The translations under genes and the position numbers were made by a program. A DNA stretch of 51,768 nt from Caldisericota bacterium (lineage in GTDB: Bacteria > Caldisericota > Caldisericia > Cryosericales > Cryosericaceae): contig JAPLGK010000024.1 in the NCBI GenBank assembly GCA_026390195.1, positions 1-51,768 on the forward strand, read 5' to 3'. Each line of letters opens with the position of its first letter. Positions within the stretch are counted from its first letter, which is position 1. Under the pieces are notes generated by a model that did not search any database, was not told the DNA's origin, and saw only the letters and a list, made by a program, of their open reading frames with translations. Positions 27,935 to 37,677 of this stretch are shown here, one piece after another.

Positions 27935-30160
27935 ATGAGGAGATTCCTATCTATCGTTCTTGCAGTCGTTATGCTGCTTGCCGTCTGTTCCCCAGTCCTC
28001 ACCGCGCGCGCTGCCGGCTTCAAGGATGTCGCCGCGTCGTACTGGGCATATGACGCGATTACCGCGCTAGCCGCGAAGAAAGTTGTCACCGGCTACGCGG
28101 ACGGCACCTTCAGGCCCGAGGCCAAGGTCACCCGCGAAGAGTTCGCCAAGATGATCGCCGTCGCCAAGAGCCTCGCCACGGGCCTCGCCCCCGTCACCGC
28201 CAAGGCGAAATTCAGTGACGTCCCCGCGACCCGCTGGTCCTACGGCGTCGTCGAAGCAGCTGCCAAGGCCGGGTATATCAAAGGTTATGCAGATGGAACA
28301 TTTAAGCCTGCAGGCTTTATTACCAGGCAAGAGCTTGCTGTTCTTGGTGTGAGAGTTCTTGGCAAAGAAGCAGAAGCAAATGCCTTCACAGGCGACCCAA
28401 TTGTTTGGGCGAATGATCTAAAATCAATCTCAAGCTGGGCAATTGGTGCAGTGACTCTTGCGTACAGGCCTGACATTCAGATTATGACGTATAGGCTTCC
28501 AGCAGGAGTAGTTGCTCCGCAGGATGGTTCAACAAGGGCAGAGTGTGCTTATGCAATCTACAAGATTATTCTTCCTCCACAGGTTGGTGGAAAGGTTACA
28601 ATTGCACAAACACAAGAACCCGATGCACTTCCTTCTTTCGCAACATCGATGATGGCAGCAAGGGAACTTGAAATGCAATTTGAAGATAGTCTGATTTATG
28701 AGTTCCCGAACGGAACGCTTGCCCCAAGGATTTCTCTCAATGTCCCCAATACTGCTGATGGCACATGGAAAGTCTACAAAGTTGATGGCAAGGATTACAT
28801 GACGACTACTTACTATTTGAGAAAGGGTGTGAAGTGGTCTGATGGCGTTCCAGTTGACTACAAGGCAGATATCAATTATGCAGTATATGAGATTTATCTT
28901 TCAGGAAAAGTCTCTCAGATTCCTACAACTGACCCATATGACAAGATTGAGAAGATCGAATTCCCGGACCCATACACAATGGTCATTACCTGGAATGCCT
29001 TAACTCCTTTTGCAAATATGGGACTTCCGATTCTTCCATCCCACTATTACAGCCAAGTAAAAACCGAAGACCTTACGGCATCTGACCTTATCAAGAAGCC
29101 AGTCCATCTAGGACCATATCAGATTAAGACCTGGTCCGAAGGTGCTTATATCTCCTTGGTTCCAAATCCCTACTGGTTTGGTTGGGCAGGCTCTAAGCCT
29201 CTTGTTCAGGAATACGATTATCGATGGTACCCTGATACGAACACAATGCTCATGAATGTTCAAGCAGGCGCATGCGATGTTACTCTCATTGGACTTGGAG
29301 CAAAAGAGGCAAAGCAAGCAGCAGGCATTAAGACAATAAAGATTCAGTATATTCCTTCTACCTACTGGGAGCATTTTGACTTGAATGTTGACGACCCTAT
29401 CTTAAGTGACGTTAATGTCAGGAAGGCTATTGCGTACGGAATTGGCTACCAGGATATTGTAGATAGAGTCCATCTTGGAGTAAGAAGTGTCAATAATACC
29501 TTGATCTTCTTCCCTGGCTCACAATACACCAAGCCTGGTACATTTACCCCTGCCTACGACCTTGAAATGGCAAAGAAACTGCTTGATCAGGCAGGGTGGA
29601 AAGTTGGAGCGGACGGCTATAGGTACAAGGACGGAAAGAAGTTGACTCTTGAGCTTTCTACTACTACAAGGCAAGATAGGAAGGATTCAGGAGTGGTTCT
29701 TCAAGCCCAAATGAAGCAGATTGGTATTGACATTGTACTAAAATTCCTAAATTCTACGTATTTCTTTGGCACTTACTGCACTCATAGAATGTTCCAGATT
29801 GCAATGTTTGCATGGGGTGGAGACCCCGTTGATCCTTCCGGCTATACCATGTATGGGGCAGATCAAATCCCAACTGAAGCGAATAACTGGCAAGGACAGA
29901 ACTATACTGGTATCAACGACAAGACTCTCAACGATGCTTTTTACACTGCAACGCATGAAGTTGATACAGCCATCAGAATCAAGAACTACTTTGTTGGTCT
30001 GCAAAGATTGACTGAACTTGTTCCTGAAATTCCTTTGAACTGGTGGGTAGACATTTACACTCCAAAGACTAATCTTGCAATGGCAGGATTCCAGTATAGC
30101 CTTTCATCATCTCTTGGCTATACTTACAACTCTGAACTCTGGTATTGGGAGAAGAAATAG
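27935..30160 (+). CDS. SLH-domain (x3) peptide ABC substrate-binding protein (family 5)
   Basis: FKDV...WA, GYADGTFRPE..VTREEF SLH repeats; LRKGVKWSDG, GPY.I..W, VRKAIAY, AKKLLDQAGW. Confidence 0.9.
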   Translation: MRRFLSIVLAVVMLLAVCSPVLTARAAGFKDVAASYWAYDAITALAAKKVVTGYADGTFRPEAKVTREEFAKMIAVAKSLATGLAPVTAKAKFSDVPATRWSYGVVEAAAKAGYIKGYADGTFKPAGFITRQELAVLGVRVLGKEAEANAFTGDPIVWANDLKSISSWAIGAVTLAYRPDIQIMTYRLPAGVVAPQDGSTRAECAYAIYKIILPPQVGGKVTIAQTQEPDALPSFATSMMAARELEMQFEDSLIYEFPNGTLAPRISLNVPNTADGTWKVYKVDGKDYMTTTYYLRKGVKWSDGVPVDYKADINYAVYEIYLSGKVSQIPTTDPYDKIEKIEFPDPYTMVITWNALTPFANMGLPILPSHYYSQVKTEDLTASDLIKKPVHLGPYQIKTWSEGAYISLVPNPYWFGWAGSKPLVQEYDYRWYPDTNTMLMNVQAGACDVTLIGLGAKEAKQAAGIKTIKIQYIPSTYWEHFDLNVDDPILSDVNVRKAIAYGIGYQDIVDRVHLGVRSVNNTLIFFPGSQYTKPGTFTPAYDLEMAKKLLDQAGWKVGADGYRYKDGKKLTLELSTTTRQDRKDSGVVLQAQMKQIGIDIVLKFLNSTYFFGTYCTHRMFQIAMFAWGGDPVDPSGYTMYGADQIPTEANNWQGQNYTGINDKTLNDAFYTATHEVDTAIRIKNYFVGLQRLTELVPEIPLNWWVDIYTPKTNLAMAGFQYSLSSSLGYTYNSELWYWEKK

Positions 30161-30186
30161 TACAATTTGATTTTTGAATTCTTTGT

Positions 30187-30226
30187 GGGGCCCCTTGCAA
30201 AAAGGGGCCCCTTGCAAAGGAGCCCC
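30187..30226 (+). repeat. Tandem GGGGCCCCTTGCAAA hairpin units between oppA and oppB
   Basis: GGGGCCCCTTGCAAAAA-GGGGCCCCTTGCAAA-GGAGCCCC. Confidence 0.55.
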
Positions 30227-30253
30227 GAGTATGATAAGGAGGTTTTCTAAACA

Positions 30254-31222
30254 GTGAAAACATATGTCACAAAAAGAATCCTGCAGATGATCCCATTATT
30301 CATCGGAGTTGCTCTTGTTACTTTCTTGATACTCAGTCTGGTTGGCGACCCATTTACACAAATGATGGTTAACCCTCGAATCAGGCCTGCAGATATTGCA
30401 AGGCTAAAGCATCAGTGGGGTTTTGACCTCCCCATTTACTTGAGGTTTTTCAAATGGTTTTGGTCTATGCTTACGGGGAATTGGGGTCTTTCAATTTTTG
30501 CAGGCGGTCGAGCCGTCACTGAACTTGTTGGCCACGCAATAGGCTGGACTCTCAAATTCTCACTCGCAGCGTTCATTTTGGCATTTGTGGTATCAGTGCC
30601 TATAGGAATCTATTCTGCTATTAGACAATATACACTATTTGACTATGTTTTTACAGGATTTTCTTTCTTTGGTATGTCAATGCCAACATTTTGGTTTGGT
30701 TTTGTCTTGTTGATGATTTTTGGATTGAAGCTTCACTGGTTGCCTATTGGCGGAATAATGACTCCTGGCATGGAAAGCGCGCCTTTTTTCGCAAGAGTAT
30801 TGGATCAAGCAAAGTACTTCATATTGCCGGTAATCGTACTTTCCTTTTTTCAAATGGGTTCCTGGATGAGATACACTCGAAGTTCTATGCTTGAGGTAGT
30901 GCATCAGGACTATCTACGGACCGCAAGGGCAAAAGGACTCCCAGAGAGAACAGTCATAGTAAAACATGCGTTACGAAATGCTCTTATCCCTATTGTCACC
31001 TTACTTGGATTGGCGCTGCCCGGTCTGATTTCTGGCGCCATGATTACTGAAACTGTTTTTGCAATTCCTGGGATGGGAAGATTGACGCTTAACGCGATGA
31101 CGAGCAATGATTTTCCACTTGCAATGGCCTGTCTCTTGATTGAATCCTACCTTCTAATCCTAGGTAACCTTGTTGCGGATCTCCTGTACGCTATGGTAGA
31201 TCCCCGCATCAAGTATAGTTAA
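30254..31222 (+). CDS. oppB: Oligopeptide ABC permease
   Basis: RSSMLEV..QDYLRTARAKGL, HALRNA, ETVFAIPGMG, DLLYAMVDPRI. Confidence 0.9.
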   Translation: MKTYVTKRILQMIPLFIGVALVTFLILSLVGDPFTQMMVNPRIRPADIARLKHQWGFDLPIYLRFFKWFWSMLTGNWGLSIFAGGRAVTELVGHAIGWTLKFSLAAFILAFVVSVPIGIYSAIRQYTLFDYVFTGFSFFGMSMPTFWFGFVLLMIFGLKLHWLPIGGIMTPGMESAPFFARVLDQAKYFILPVIVLSFFQMGSWMRYTRSSMLEVVHQDYLRTARAKGLPERTVIVKHALRNALIPIVTLLGLALPGLISGAMITETVFAIPGMGRLTLNAMTSNDFPLAMACLLIESYLLILGNLVADLLYAMVDPRIKYS

Positions 31223-31231
31223 GAGGTAGAA

Positions 31232-32125
31232 ATGATTGGAGAGTTAACTCAACAAAAGGAAGTCAGTACAAGGGTTGAAGGTTACTGGTATCTTGTCGGC
31301 AAACACTTGAAGAAGCATAAGTTAGCTGTTTTTTCAATGTTTCTGCTGGCTATTATAGTATTGCTCTGTGTTTTTGGTCCGTATTTCACTCGTTATACGA
31401 TGAATGAAATGGGTAATGCAACAACTGATGTTTTGCAGGCCCCATCTTCAAGACATTGGTTTGGAACGGATGAACTAGGAAGAGATGTTTTCACGAGAGT
31501 ACTGCTTGGCGGAAGGATTTCTCTTTTGGTAGGGTTTTCGTCTGTTTTCTCTGCACTTCTTGTAGGAATAGTTGTTGGCGCATATGCAGGTTATTATGGC
31601 GGTATCCTTGATGCAGTTTTGATGAGATTCACTGACATAATGTTTTCAATCCCAGTGCTTCCCCTGCTTGTTGTTCTTTCTTCAGTTATTCCTGGTGCAG
31701 GAGTTTGGAAGATTGTCCTCATTATTGCAATTTTCGGCTGGATGACAGATGCAAGAATAATAAGGGGCCTGTTCCTTTCCCTTCGAGAAAGTGAGTTCAC
31801 TGAAGCCGCGAGAGCAATAGGTGTATCAAATGCAGGAATTATCTGGAGACATTTGCTTCCTAACGCACTTGCTCCAATTATCGTGTCTGCCACACTTGGA
31901 GTTGGAGGAAACATCATCTATGAAGCGGCGTTAAGCTATCTTGGATTCGGCGTTATGCCACCAACCCCTTCTTGGGGTAACATCCTCCAGAATGCTCAGT
32001 ATGCTATGACAATTGCTCCCTGGCTCGTATGGACGCCGGGGTTGGCAATCCTGATTACCGCCATTGGTTTCAATTTCCTTGGTGACGGTCTTCGTGATGC
32101 AATGGATCCAAGGCTTTATAGGTAG
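31232..32125 (+). CDS. oppC: Oligopeptide ABC permease
   Basis: HWFGTDELGRD, EAARAIG, HLLPN, EAALSYLG, GDGLRDAMDPR. Confidence 0.9.
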   Translation: MIGELTQQKEVSTRVEGYWYLVGKHLKKHKLAVFSMFLLAIIVLLCVFGPYFTRYTMNEMGNATTDVLQAPSSRHWFGTDELGRDVFTRVLLGGRISLLVGFSSVFSALLVGIVVGAYAGYYGGILDAVLMRFTDIMFSIPVLPLLVVLSSVIPGAGVWKIVLIIAIFGWMTDARIIRGLFLSLRESEFTEAARAIGVSNAGIIWRHLLPNALAPIIVSATLGVGGNIIYEAALSYLGFGVMPPTPSWGNILQNAQYAMTIAPWLVWTPGLAILITAIGFNFLGDGLRDAMDPRLYR

Positions 32126-32132
32126 GTGAAAA

Positions 32133-33116
32133 ATGGAAAAGAATGAGATATTGGTCGATGTCAAAGATTTGCAAACATATTTCTTCACAGATGATGGCGT
32201 GGTTAAGGCCGTTGATGGTATGGGTTTTACAATTAGGCGCGGAGAGGTTGTTGCATTGGTTGGAGAAAGTGGTTGCGGGAAAAGCGTAGCTTCGCTTTCC
32301 ATAATGCGCCTCATAGACAAACCCGGGAAGATTATCGGTGGTGAACTTCTATTTGAAGGCGAGGATTTACTCAAAAAGACCGAGGAAGAAATGAGGAAGA
32401 TCAGGGGTTCTGAAATTGCCATGATTTTTCAGGAACCTATGACATCACTCAACCCCGTCTATACGATTGGGAATCAGATCAGCGAAGCTATTAGCCTGCA
32501 TCAGAAGATCCATGCCACCGAAGCGAAAAAGCGTACCATCGAGATGCTTCACCTGGTCGGCATCCCCGAACCGGAGCGGCGCTTCAGCCAGTACCCTCAC
32601 GAGATGAGCGGTGGCATGCGTCAGAGGGTCATGATCGCCATGGCGCTGTCATGCAACCCTGAGCTGCTGATCTCCGACGAAGCCACGACGGCGCTTGATG
32701 TCACCATCCAGGCGCAGATTCTGGACCTGATGCGCGGGCTTCAGAAGAAGCTGGGGATGGCCATTCTCATCATTACCCACAACCTCGCCGTTGTCGCCGA
32801 AATGGCAGACACCATTAACATCGCCTATGCCGGCAAGATTGTCGAGAGCGCGTCTGCCAAAGATATCTTCAAGTCTCCGCGTCATCCGTACACGTACGGT
32901 CTGCTGCAGTCCATTCCGAAATTCACGGAGAAGAAGACCAACGAACCGTTGCCTGCCATCGAGGGCATGGTCCCCTCCCCTTACCACATGCCCAAGGGTT
33001 GCTACTTCAACCCGCGCTGCCCATGTGCTACGGAGAAGTGCCGCGAGGAGGAACCCGAAATCGTCGAGCTGACCCCGGGCCACCTCGTTCGTTGCTTCCA
33101 TCCCATCGAGTCATAG
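32133..33116 (+). CDS. oppD: Oligopeptide ABC ATPase
   Basis: [35 protein letters not shown]-terminal Cys cluster. Confidence 0.9.
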   Translation: MEKNEILVDVKDLQTYFFTDDGVVKAVDGMGFTIRRGEVVALVGESGCGKSVASLSIMRLIDKPGKIIGGELLFEGEDLLKKTEEEMRKIRGSEIAMIFQEPMTSLNPVYTIGNQISEAISLHQKIHATEAKKRTIEMLHLVGIPEPERRFSQYPHEMSGGMRQRVMIAMALSCNPELLISDEATTALDVTIQAQILDLMRGLQKKLGMAILIITHNLAVVAEMADTINIAYAGKIVESASAKDIFKSPRHPYTYGLLQSIPKFTEKKTNEPLPAIEGMVPSPYHMPKGCYFNPRCPCATEKCREEEPEIVELTPGHLVRCFHPIES

Positions 33117-33129
33117 GCAGAGAGGAGAA

Positions 33130-34110
33130 ATGACCATGGCAACCAGACTCGTAGAAGTCCAGAAACTCAAGAAGTGGTTCCCCATCAAGGGAGGAATCTT
33201 CTCTATGACCGTGGCCTCAGTCAGGGCTGTGGACGAGGTGAGTTTCTTTATCAATCAGGGCGAGACTCTGAGCTTGGTGGGAGAATCCGGATCGGGCAAG
33301 ACGACCACCGGGCGCACCATACTGAAGCTCTTGCAGCCCACCAGTGGAAAAATCATCTACAAAGGGAAGGACATCACGAAGTTCACCGCGGACCAGATGC
33401 GGCCCCTCCGTCGGAACATGCAGATCATGTTCCAGGACCCGTATGGTTCACTCAACCCACGCATGCCTGTGGGCGATATCATTCGGGAACCTCTGGATGT
33501 GCACAGCATCGGTACCCGCAAGGAACGCCAACAGGCTGTCGCCACCATGATGGAGACTGTGGGTCTGCGCCCTGAATACGAGAAGCGCTATCCTCATGAG
33601 TTCTCCGGTGGTCAGCGTCAGCGTATCGGGGTTGCCCGCGCGCTTATTATCAATCCAGAACTGCTTGTCCTGGATGAGCCCATCTCGGCCTTGGATGTGT
33701 CGATTCAGTCGCAGATCATCAACCTGCTCCAGGAGCTGCAGCAAAGGCTGAACCTGACGTATCTCTTCATTGCTCACGACCTTGCTGTTGTACGCCATAT
33801 GTCCGATCGTGTGGCAGTCATGTATCTCGGCAAGATCGTCGAGACTGCAGACAACGATGAGCTGTTCGACCACCCACTTCACCCGTATACGCAGGCTCTT
33901 CTCTCGGCAGTGCCGGTGCCTGACCCCGAGGCGAAACGCGAACGCGTCATTCTTCAGGGCGACGTGCCGTCACCGGTGAACCCTCCGTCCGGCTGCCACT
34001 TCCGCACGCGGTGTCCCTACGCCATGCCCATCTGCAAGGAGCAGGAGCCAGCGATGATCGAAGTTGCACCCGGGCATACCGCCGCCTGTCACTTGCTGAC
34101 AAAAAGGTAG
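33130..34110 (+). CDS. oppF: Oligopeptide ABC ATPase
   Basis: GESGSGKTT, FQDPYGSLNPR, FSGGQRQR, PSPVNPPSGCHF. Confidence 0.9.
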   Translation: MTMATRLVEVQKLKKWFPIKGGIFSMTVASVRAVDEVSFFINQGETLSLVGESGSGKTTTGRTILKLLQPTSGKIIYKGKDITKFTADQMRPLRRNMQIMFQDPYGSLNPRMPVGDIIREPLDVHSIGTRKERQQAVATMMETVGLRPEYEKRYPHEFSGGQRQRIGVARALIINPELLVLDEPISALDVSIQSQIINLLQELQQRLNLTYLFIAHDLAVVRHMSDRVAVMYLGKIVETADNDELFDHPLHPYTQALLSAVPVPDPEAKRERVILQGDVPSPVNPPSGCHFRTRCPYAMPICKEQEPAMIEVAPGHTAACHLLTKR

Positions 34111-34136
34111 AGAACGTCAGAGCAGGTTTGAAACAA

Positions 34137-34178
34137 GCTGCCGGTCCCTTTGGCCAAGAGGGACCGGCAGCCTTCTTT
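34137..34178 (+). terminator. Intrinsic terminator of the opp operon
   Basis: GCTGCCGGTCCCT...AGGGACCGGCAGC followed by CTTCTTT. Confidence 0.7.
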
Positions 34179-34242
34179 GCATACCCTTGGGTGGTGTTCA
34201 CAACACTCAGGCGGAATACACTGTTGGGGTAGGAGGTCCCAT

Positions 34243-34746
34243 ATGGAAGAGGGATATTGGGACAAGACGCAGCCGAACGTGCGGCAGAGTATGAATGGAT
34301 CGTACGGAGACATGCCCACCGGATACCGTCCCTGTCCTTTCTGCCATTCCGTCGTCCCATGGGAGTCGGAACGGTGCCCGTCGTGCGGACGCGTGCTCAT
34401 AGAGCGCGTGGTGCCTAGGCCCTGGCACACGCCCCCGTCTGCGTCGCGACCCTCGAGGTGGACCTCGTGGTGGTCGGCAGGCGTGCGTCCGGCACTGGCA
34501 CGCGTCGGAAACGGCGTGCTACGGGGCGGGCGGCGTCCCTGGGATGGAATGCGCTCCGGGACGGGGGGCTCGCGGCCGACAACGAGCCCTGGCACCTTAT
34601 GGTCTGTGTTCCAGCTGGCCCAGCTCCCTGTGCGTTCATGGTGGCAGGGTTCGATCCCCGCGCCCACGGAGCGGGAGCGTCAGATCTTCTTCGTCGCCTC
34701 CGCTCTGATGGTCGTGCTGTTCGTCGTCGCGCTCCTCAGCAGGTAG
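34243..34746 (+). CDS. Hypothetical zinc-ribbon protein with C-terminal TM
   Basis: CPFC...CPSCG; SD AGGAGGT; hydrophobic C-terminus. Confidence 0.65.
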   Translation: MEEGYWDKTQPNVRQSMNGSYGDMPTGYRPCPFCHSVVPWESERCPSCGRVLIERVVPRPWHTPPSASRPSRWTSWWSAGVRPALARVGNGVLRGGRRPWDGMRSGTGGSRPTTSPGTLWSVFQLAQLPVRSWWQGSIPAPTERERQIFFVASALMVVLFVVALLSR

Positions 34747-34770
34747 CCGTGCGATGAGGAGGTGGTGGTT

Positions 34771-35373
34771 ATGACACCCTGGGAACTGCCTGCTGCCATT
34801 CTCGCAGTCGTACTGGCCTATGCCTTGGGATCCATTCCATCAGCCGTCATCGCAGGGCGACGGGCGGGTGTCGACATCAGGGAGGTAGGCGACGGGAACA
34901 TGGGGGCACGCAACGTGGCGCGCACCGTCGGAGCCGTCCCTGCCGTGATCGTGGCGCTCTGCGACGTCTTCAAGGGAGCGGCCGCGGTCCTGCTGGCACG
35001 GGCTCTCAGCCTCTCACAGGGCTGGGTTCTAGCGGCGGCCTGGGCTGCCGTGCTTGGCCACGACTTCCCGGTGTTCGCACACTTCCGGGGGGGACAGGGT
35101 CTGGCAACCACCTTGGGGACGCTGCTCGTGCTGATGCCGCTCGAGATGTCGGTCGCGCTCAGCCTGTTCGGCGCCCTGTACCTGTTGACGCACAACTCTG
35201 ATCTCGGCGCGAGCATTGGCCTCGCGTGTGGACTGTACCTGGCATACCGAGGGGGGCTCTCACCGGTGCTGTTGTTCCACATGGTGGCGTCGCTGCTGGC
35301 CATCCCCACGAAGAAGCTGCTCGACCGCCACCGGCGCCTTGCCATCCAGCACCACCAGTCCGGCTTGGTGTAG
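34771..35373 (+). CDS. plsY: Second PlsY-family glycerol-3-phosphate acyltransferase
   Basis: AYALGSIP, GDGNMGARNV, DVFKG, LGHDFP, FRGGQG. Confidence 0.8.
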   Translation: MTPWELPAAILAVVLAYALGSIPSAVIAGRRAGVDIREVGDGNMGARNVARTVGAVPAVIVALCDVFKGAAAVLLARALSLSQGWVLAAAWAAVLGHDFPVFAHFRGGQGLATTLGTLLVLMPLEMSVALSLFGALYLLTHNSDLGASIGLACGLYLAYRGGLSPVLLFHMVASLLAIPTKKLLDRHRRLAIQHHQSGLV

Positions 35374-35592
35374 AAACCTGTCATGCCTGGTACCGAAAGG
35401 GAGTCTGTCAGGAGGACACGCACGAACACACCGCGCTGCGGGCGCTTTGGCCGTGCGCCCACCTCCATGGTCGTCGTCCCCTTCCTCGCCGGGGTGGGCT
35501 GAGCGCAGGCGCGGCCGGACGTCCTTGACACGAGCCCTCCTCCGCCCACACTGGGGGCAGAACCCAAAGGACATCGTCCACCGGAGGTGGCT

Positions 35593-36615
35593 ATGACCGC
35601 TCGTCGTCTCGTCGTGTGTTGTCTACTGCTGACTGTCCTCTCTTGCTCGCTGGCTGGATGCAAGCGTACATCCGGTGGTCCGTCGCAGACAGCCGGCCTG
35701 ACGTCCGTCCAGGCTGCCGAACTCGTCTGGCCGGAGGCGAAGAAGAACTTCGGTGACGCTGTGCTGTGGCGCCTCGCACCCGTCGATGGACGTGAGTCAC
35801 TCACGATGCGCCTTGCCTCCGACTGGCAAGACAGCGACCGGTCGGCAGCCTGGTTCGTCTGGTACGCTGACCCTGTCGGTGAGAACTGGATGATGTTCAG
35901 CATCAAGGGCAACACGATTGCCAGTACGGACATCGGGACGCGGAGCTTCTCGAAGATAGCCATGGACGCTGACTGGCCGAGGGAGCGCCCCGCAGTTGCC
36001 ATGAAGGATGCTGCAAAGGCCGTCGCCGCTCAGGGCGCAGAGTTTTCCGCTCTCACCTGGACGGAGTTTACCTACGAATATGACAGCGACAGCCACAAAA
36101 GGCCGGGGTGGGTGTTCTCCTTCTCCGAGACGCTTGCCTCTGGAGGTACGCTGATTTACTGGTTCTTTGTGGACGGCATCACGGGTGCCGTCCTCAAGGC
36201 CGTCAACGACCGCAATGAGCCCATAGAACTGCCCATCGACCGTGAAGCACTGCAGAAGCCGCGGACGGACAATCACGAGAAGGACCTCCGCCAATTCTTC
36301 GGCTTCATCAGCACGAGGCAACCCGAGTGGGCGGTGCGCCAGCTTGCGTACGCGGCATCACCCAACGAAGCCACCGCACAGATGTGGCTGGCCAACTTCC
36401 AGAGCCTGAGTGCGCTGACCGTCGTGAGCGTCGAGCAAGTCAGGCTGGAGGAGTGGACGGCAGAGCACGAGTTCTACAAGGTGAGCCTGGACGTGAAGAC
36501 ATCCGACCCGCCGGAGAAGTTTGGATGGGACAACGGCCGCAACGTTCGCTGGGTCGAATTCATCCCCCAGGGTGGTGGCTCCTGGAAGGTGGCTGCACTG
36601 GCGACAAATCCGTAG
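35593..36615 (+). CDS. Lipoprotein of unknown function (DUF4829-like C-terminus)
   Basis: Lipobox LAGC; SD GGAGGT; promoter TTGACA-16-CACACT at 35525. Confidence 0.7.
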   Translation: MTARRLVVCCLLLTVLSCSLAGCKRTSGGPSQTAGLTSVQAAELVWPEAKKNFGDAVLWRLAPVDGRESLTMRLASDWQDSDRSAAWFVWYADPVGENWMMFSIKGNTIASTDIGTRSFSKIAMDADWPRERPAVAMKDAAKAVAAQGAEFSALTWTEFTYEYDSDSHKRPGWVFSFSETLASGGTLIYWFFVDGITGAVLKAVNDRNEPIELPIDREALQKPRTDNHEKDLRQFFGFISTRQPEWAVRQLAYAASPNEATAQMWLANFQSLSALTVVSVEQVRLEEWTAEHEFYKVSLDVKTSDPPEKFGWDNGRNVRWVEFIPQGGGSWKVAALATNP

Positions 36616-36845
36616 GCGCGCTGCAGGTATCTGGATAAAGGGCGCCCCGGAAGGTTCTCTCCTTTCGGCGCGCAGTGTCAAGGAATAGCAATTGACGCAG
36701 ATGTTCAGTACAACCCGCCGTATGACCGCACTGTGTCGCTTTGTTACCATTGTGTGAGCACGAATTGTTGGACCACAGCGTACCACACTCAGGAGAAGCC
36801 TCCTGAAGGAGAGCCTCCCCAAAACTACACACAAGGAGAACTCAT

Positions 36846-37511
36846 ATGAAGAGAATACTAGTAGCAGTACTCACAGTCGCAGTCCTGGTCGGTTCGGGAG
36901 CTGGTGTTGTATCCGCCTATGCGGGCGCTCGGCGCACCGCTCCAGCCACCAGTTGCACGGCGATCGCCGACCTGCCCGTCGAGGCGTTGTCTCAGGCGGA
37001 GAAGGACGCATTGGTAACGACATTGCAGGAGGAGTATCTGGCTCGTGACATGTACCAGGCGATCATTGCCAAGCTGGGCAGCACCCGGCCATTCACGAAC
37101 ATCCTCAAGTCTGGAGAACAGCACGTTGCGGCACTGACTGCCCTGTTCACAAAGTATCAGCTCACAGTCCCTGCCGACACACAGGCTGCACGCACCAGCA
37201 CCCTGATGGCAGGCATCACCACGGTGGAAGACGCCCTTAAGCTCGGCGTCACGGTTGAGAAAGAGGACATTGCCCTGTATGAGGAGCTGGCGAAGGTCGT
37301 CGACAATCAGGACATCCTCCAGGTCTTCGGCAACCTCAAGGCAGCCTCCATCGACAGGCACCTGCCCGCGTTCGAGAACGCGCTTGCCGGCGGTACCGGG
37401 ATTGGACAGGGGGCTGGCCGCGGTGGCCGCGGAGTCGGGCAAGGATCGCGCGGCGACGGTTTCGGCCAGGGCATGCGCGGTTTCGGCACTGGCAGCTGCA
37501 TTGCAGGCTGA
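36846..37511 (+). CDS. Secreted ferritin-like DUF2202 protein with Gly-rich tail
   Basis: EEYLARDMY, F.NI..GEQH, EKEDIALY, NL.AAS..HL.AF. Confidence 0.8.
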   Translation: MKRILVAVLTVAVLVGSGAGVVSAYAGARRTAPATSCTAIADLPVEALSQAEKDALVTTLQEEYLARDMYQAIIAKLGSTRPFTNILKSGEQHVAALTALFTKYQLTVPADTQAARTSTLMAGITTVEDALKLGVTVEKEDIALYEELAKVVDNQDILQVFGNLKAASIDRHLPAFENALAGGTGIGQGAGRGGRGVGQGSRGDGFGQGMRGFGTGSCIAG

Positions 37512-37534
37512 TTCCTTTCGTCTCTGACAATTGC

Positions 37535-37564
37535 ACCCCCGGGGAAACATCCCCGGGGGTTTTC
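37535..37564 (+). terminator. Intrinsic terminator
   Basis: ACCCCCGGGG-AAACAT-CCCCGGGGGT-TTTC. Confidence 0.7.
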
Positions 37565-37627
37565 GTTTCGCCGTCCGGTGCGTGAACCCTGCTATGAGAT
37601 GCACGGGTGTCGGTCTCCTCACAAAGG

Positions 37628-37662
37628 TTGACATTTCAATGAAATGAATATATATTCATTTC
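37628..37662 (+). promoter_or_regulatory. Promoter with perfect 22-bp palindromic operator
   Basis: TTGACA-17-TATATT overlapped by GAAATGAATATATATTCATTTC. Confidence 0.7.
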
Positions 37663-37677
37663 GTACGAGGAGATGAC

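Noticed and set aside
35410-35502. SD followed by ACG and a short hydrophobic stretch
   Set aside because: No valid start codon; at most a decayed signal-peptide remnant, and unsupported
35260-35574. Minus-strand ORF starting with FCPQCG (zinc-ribbon-like)
   Set aside because: Single CxxC only; coincides with the plus-strand promoter and overlaps plsY; likely shadow ORF
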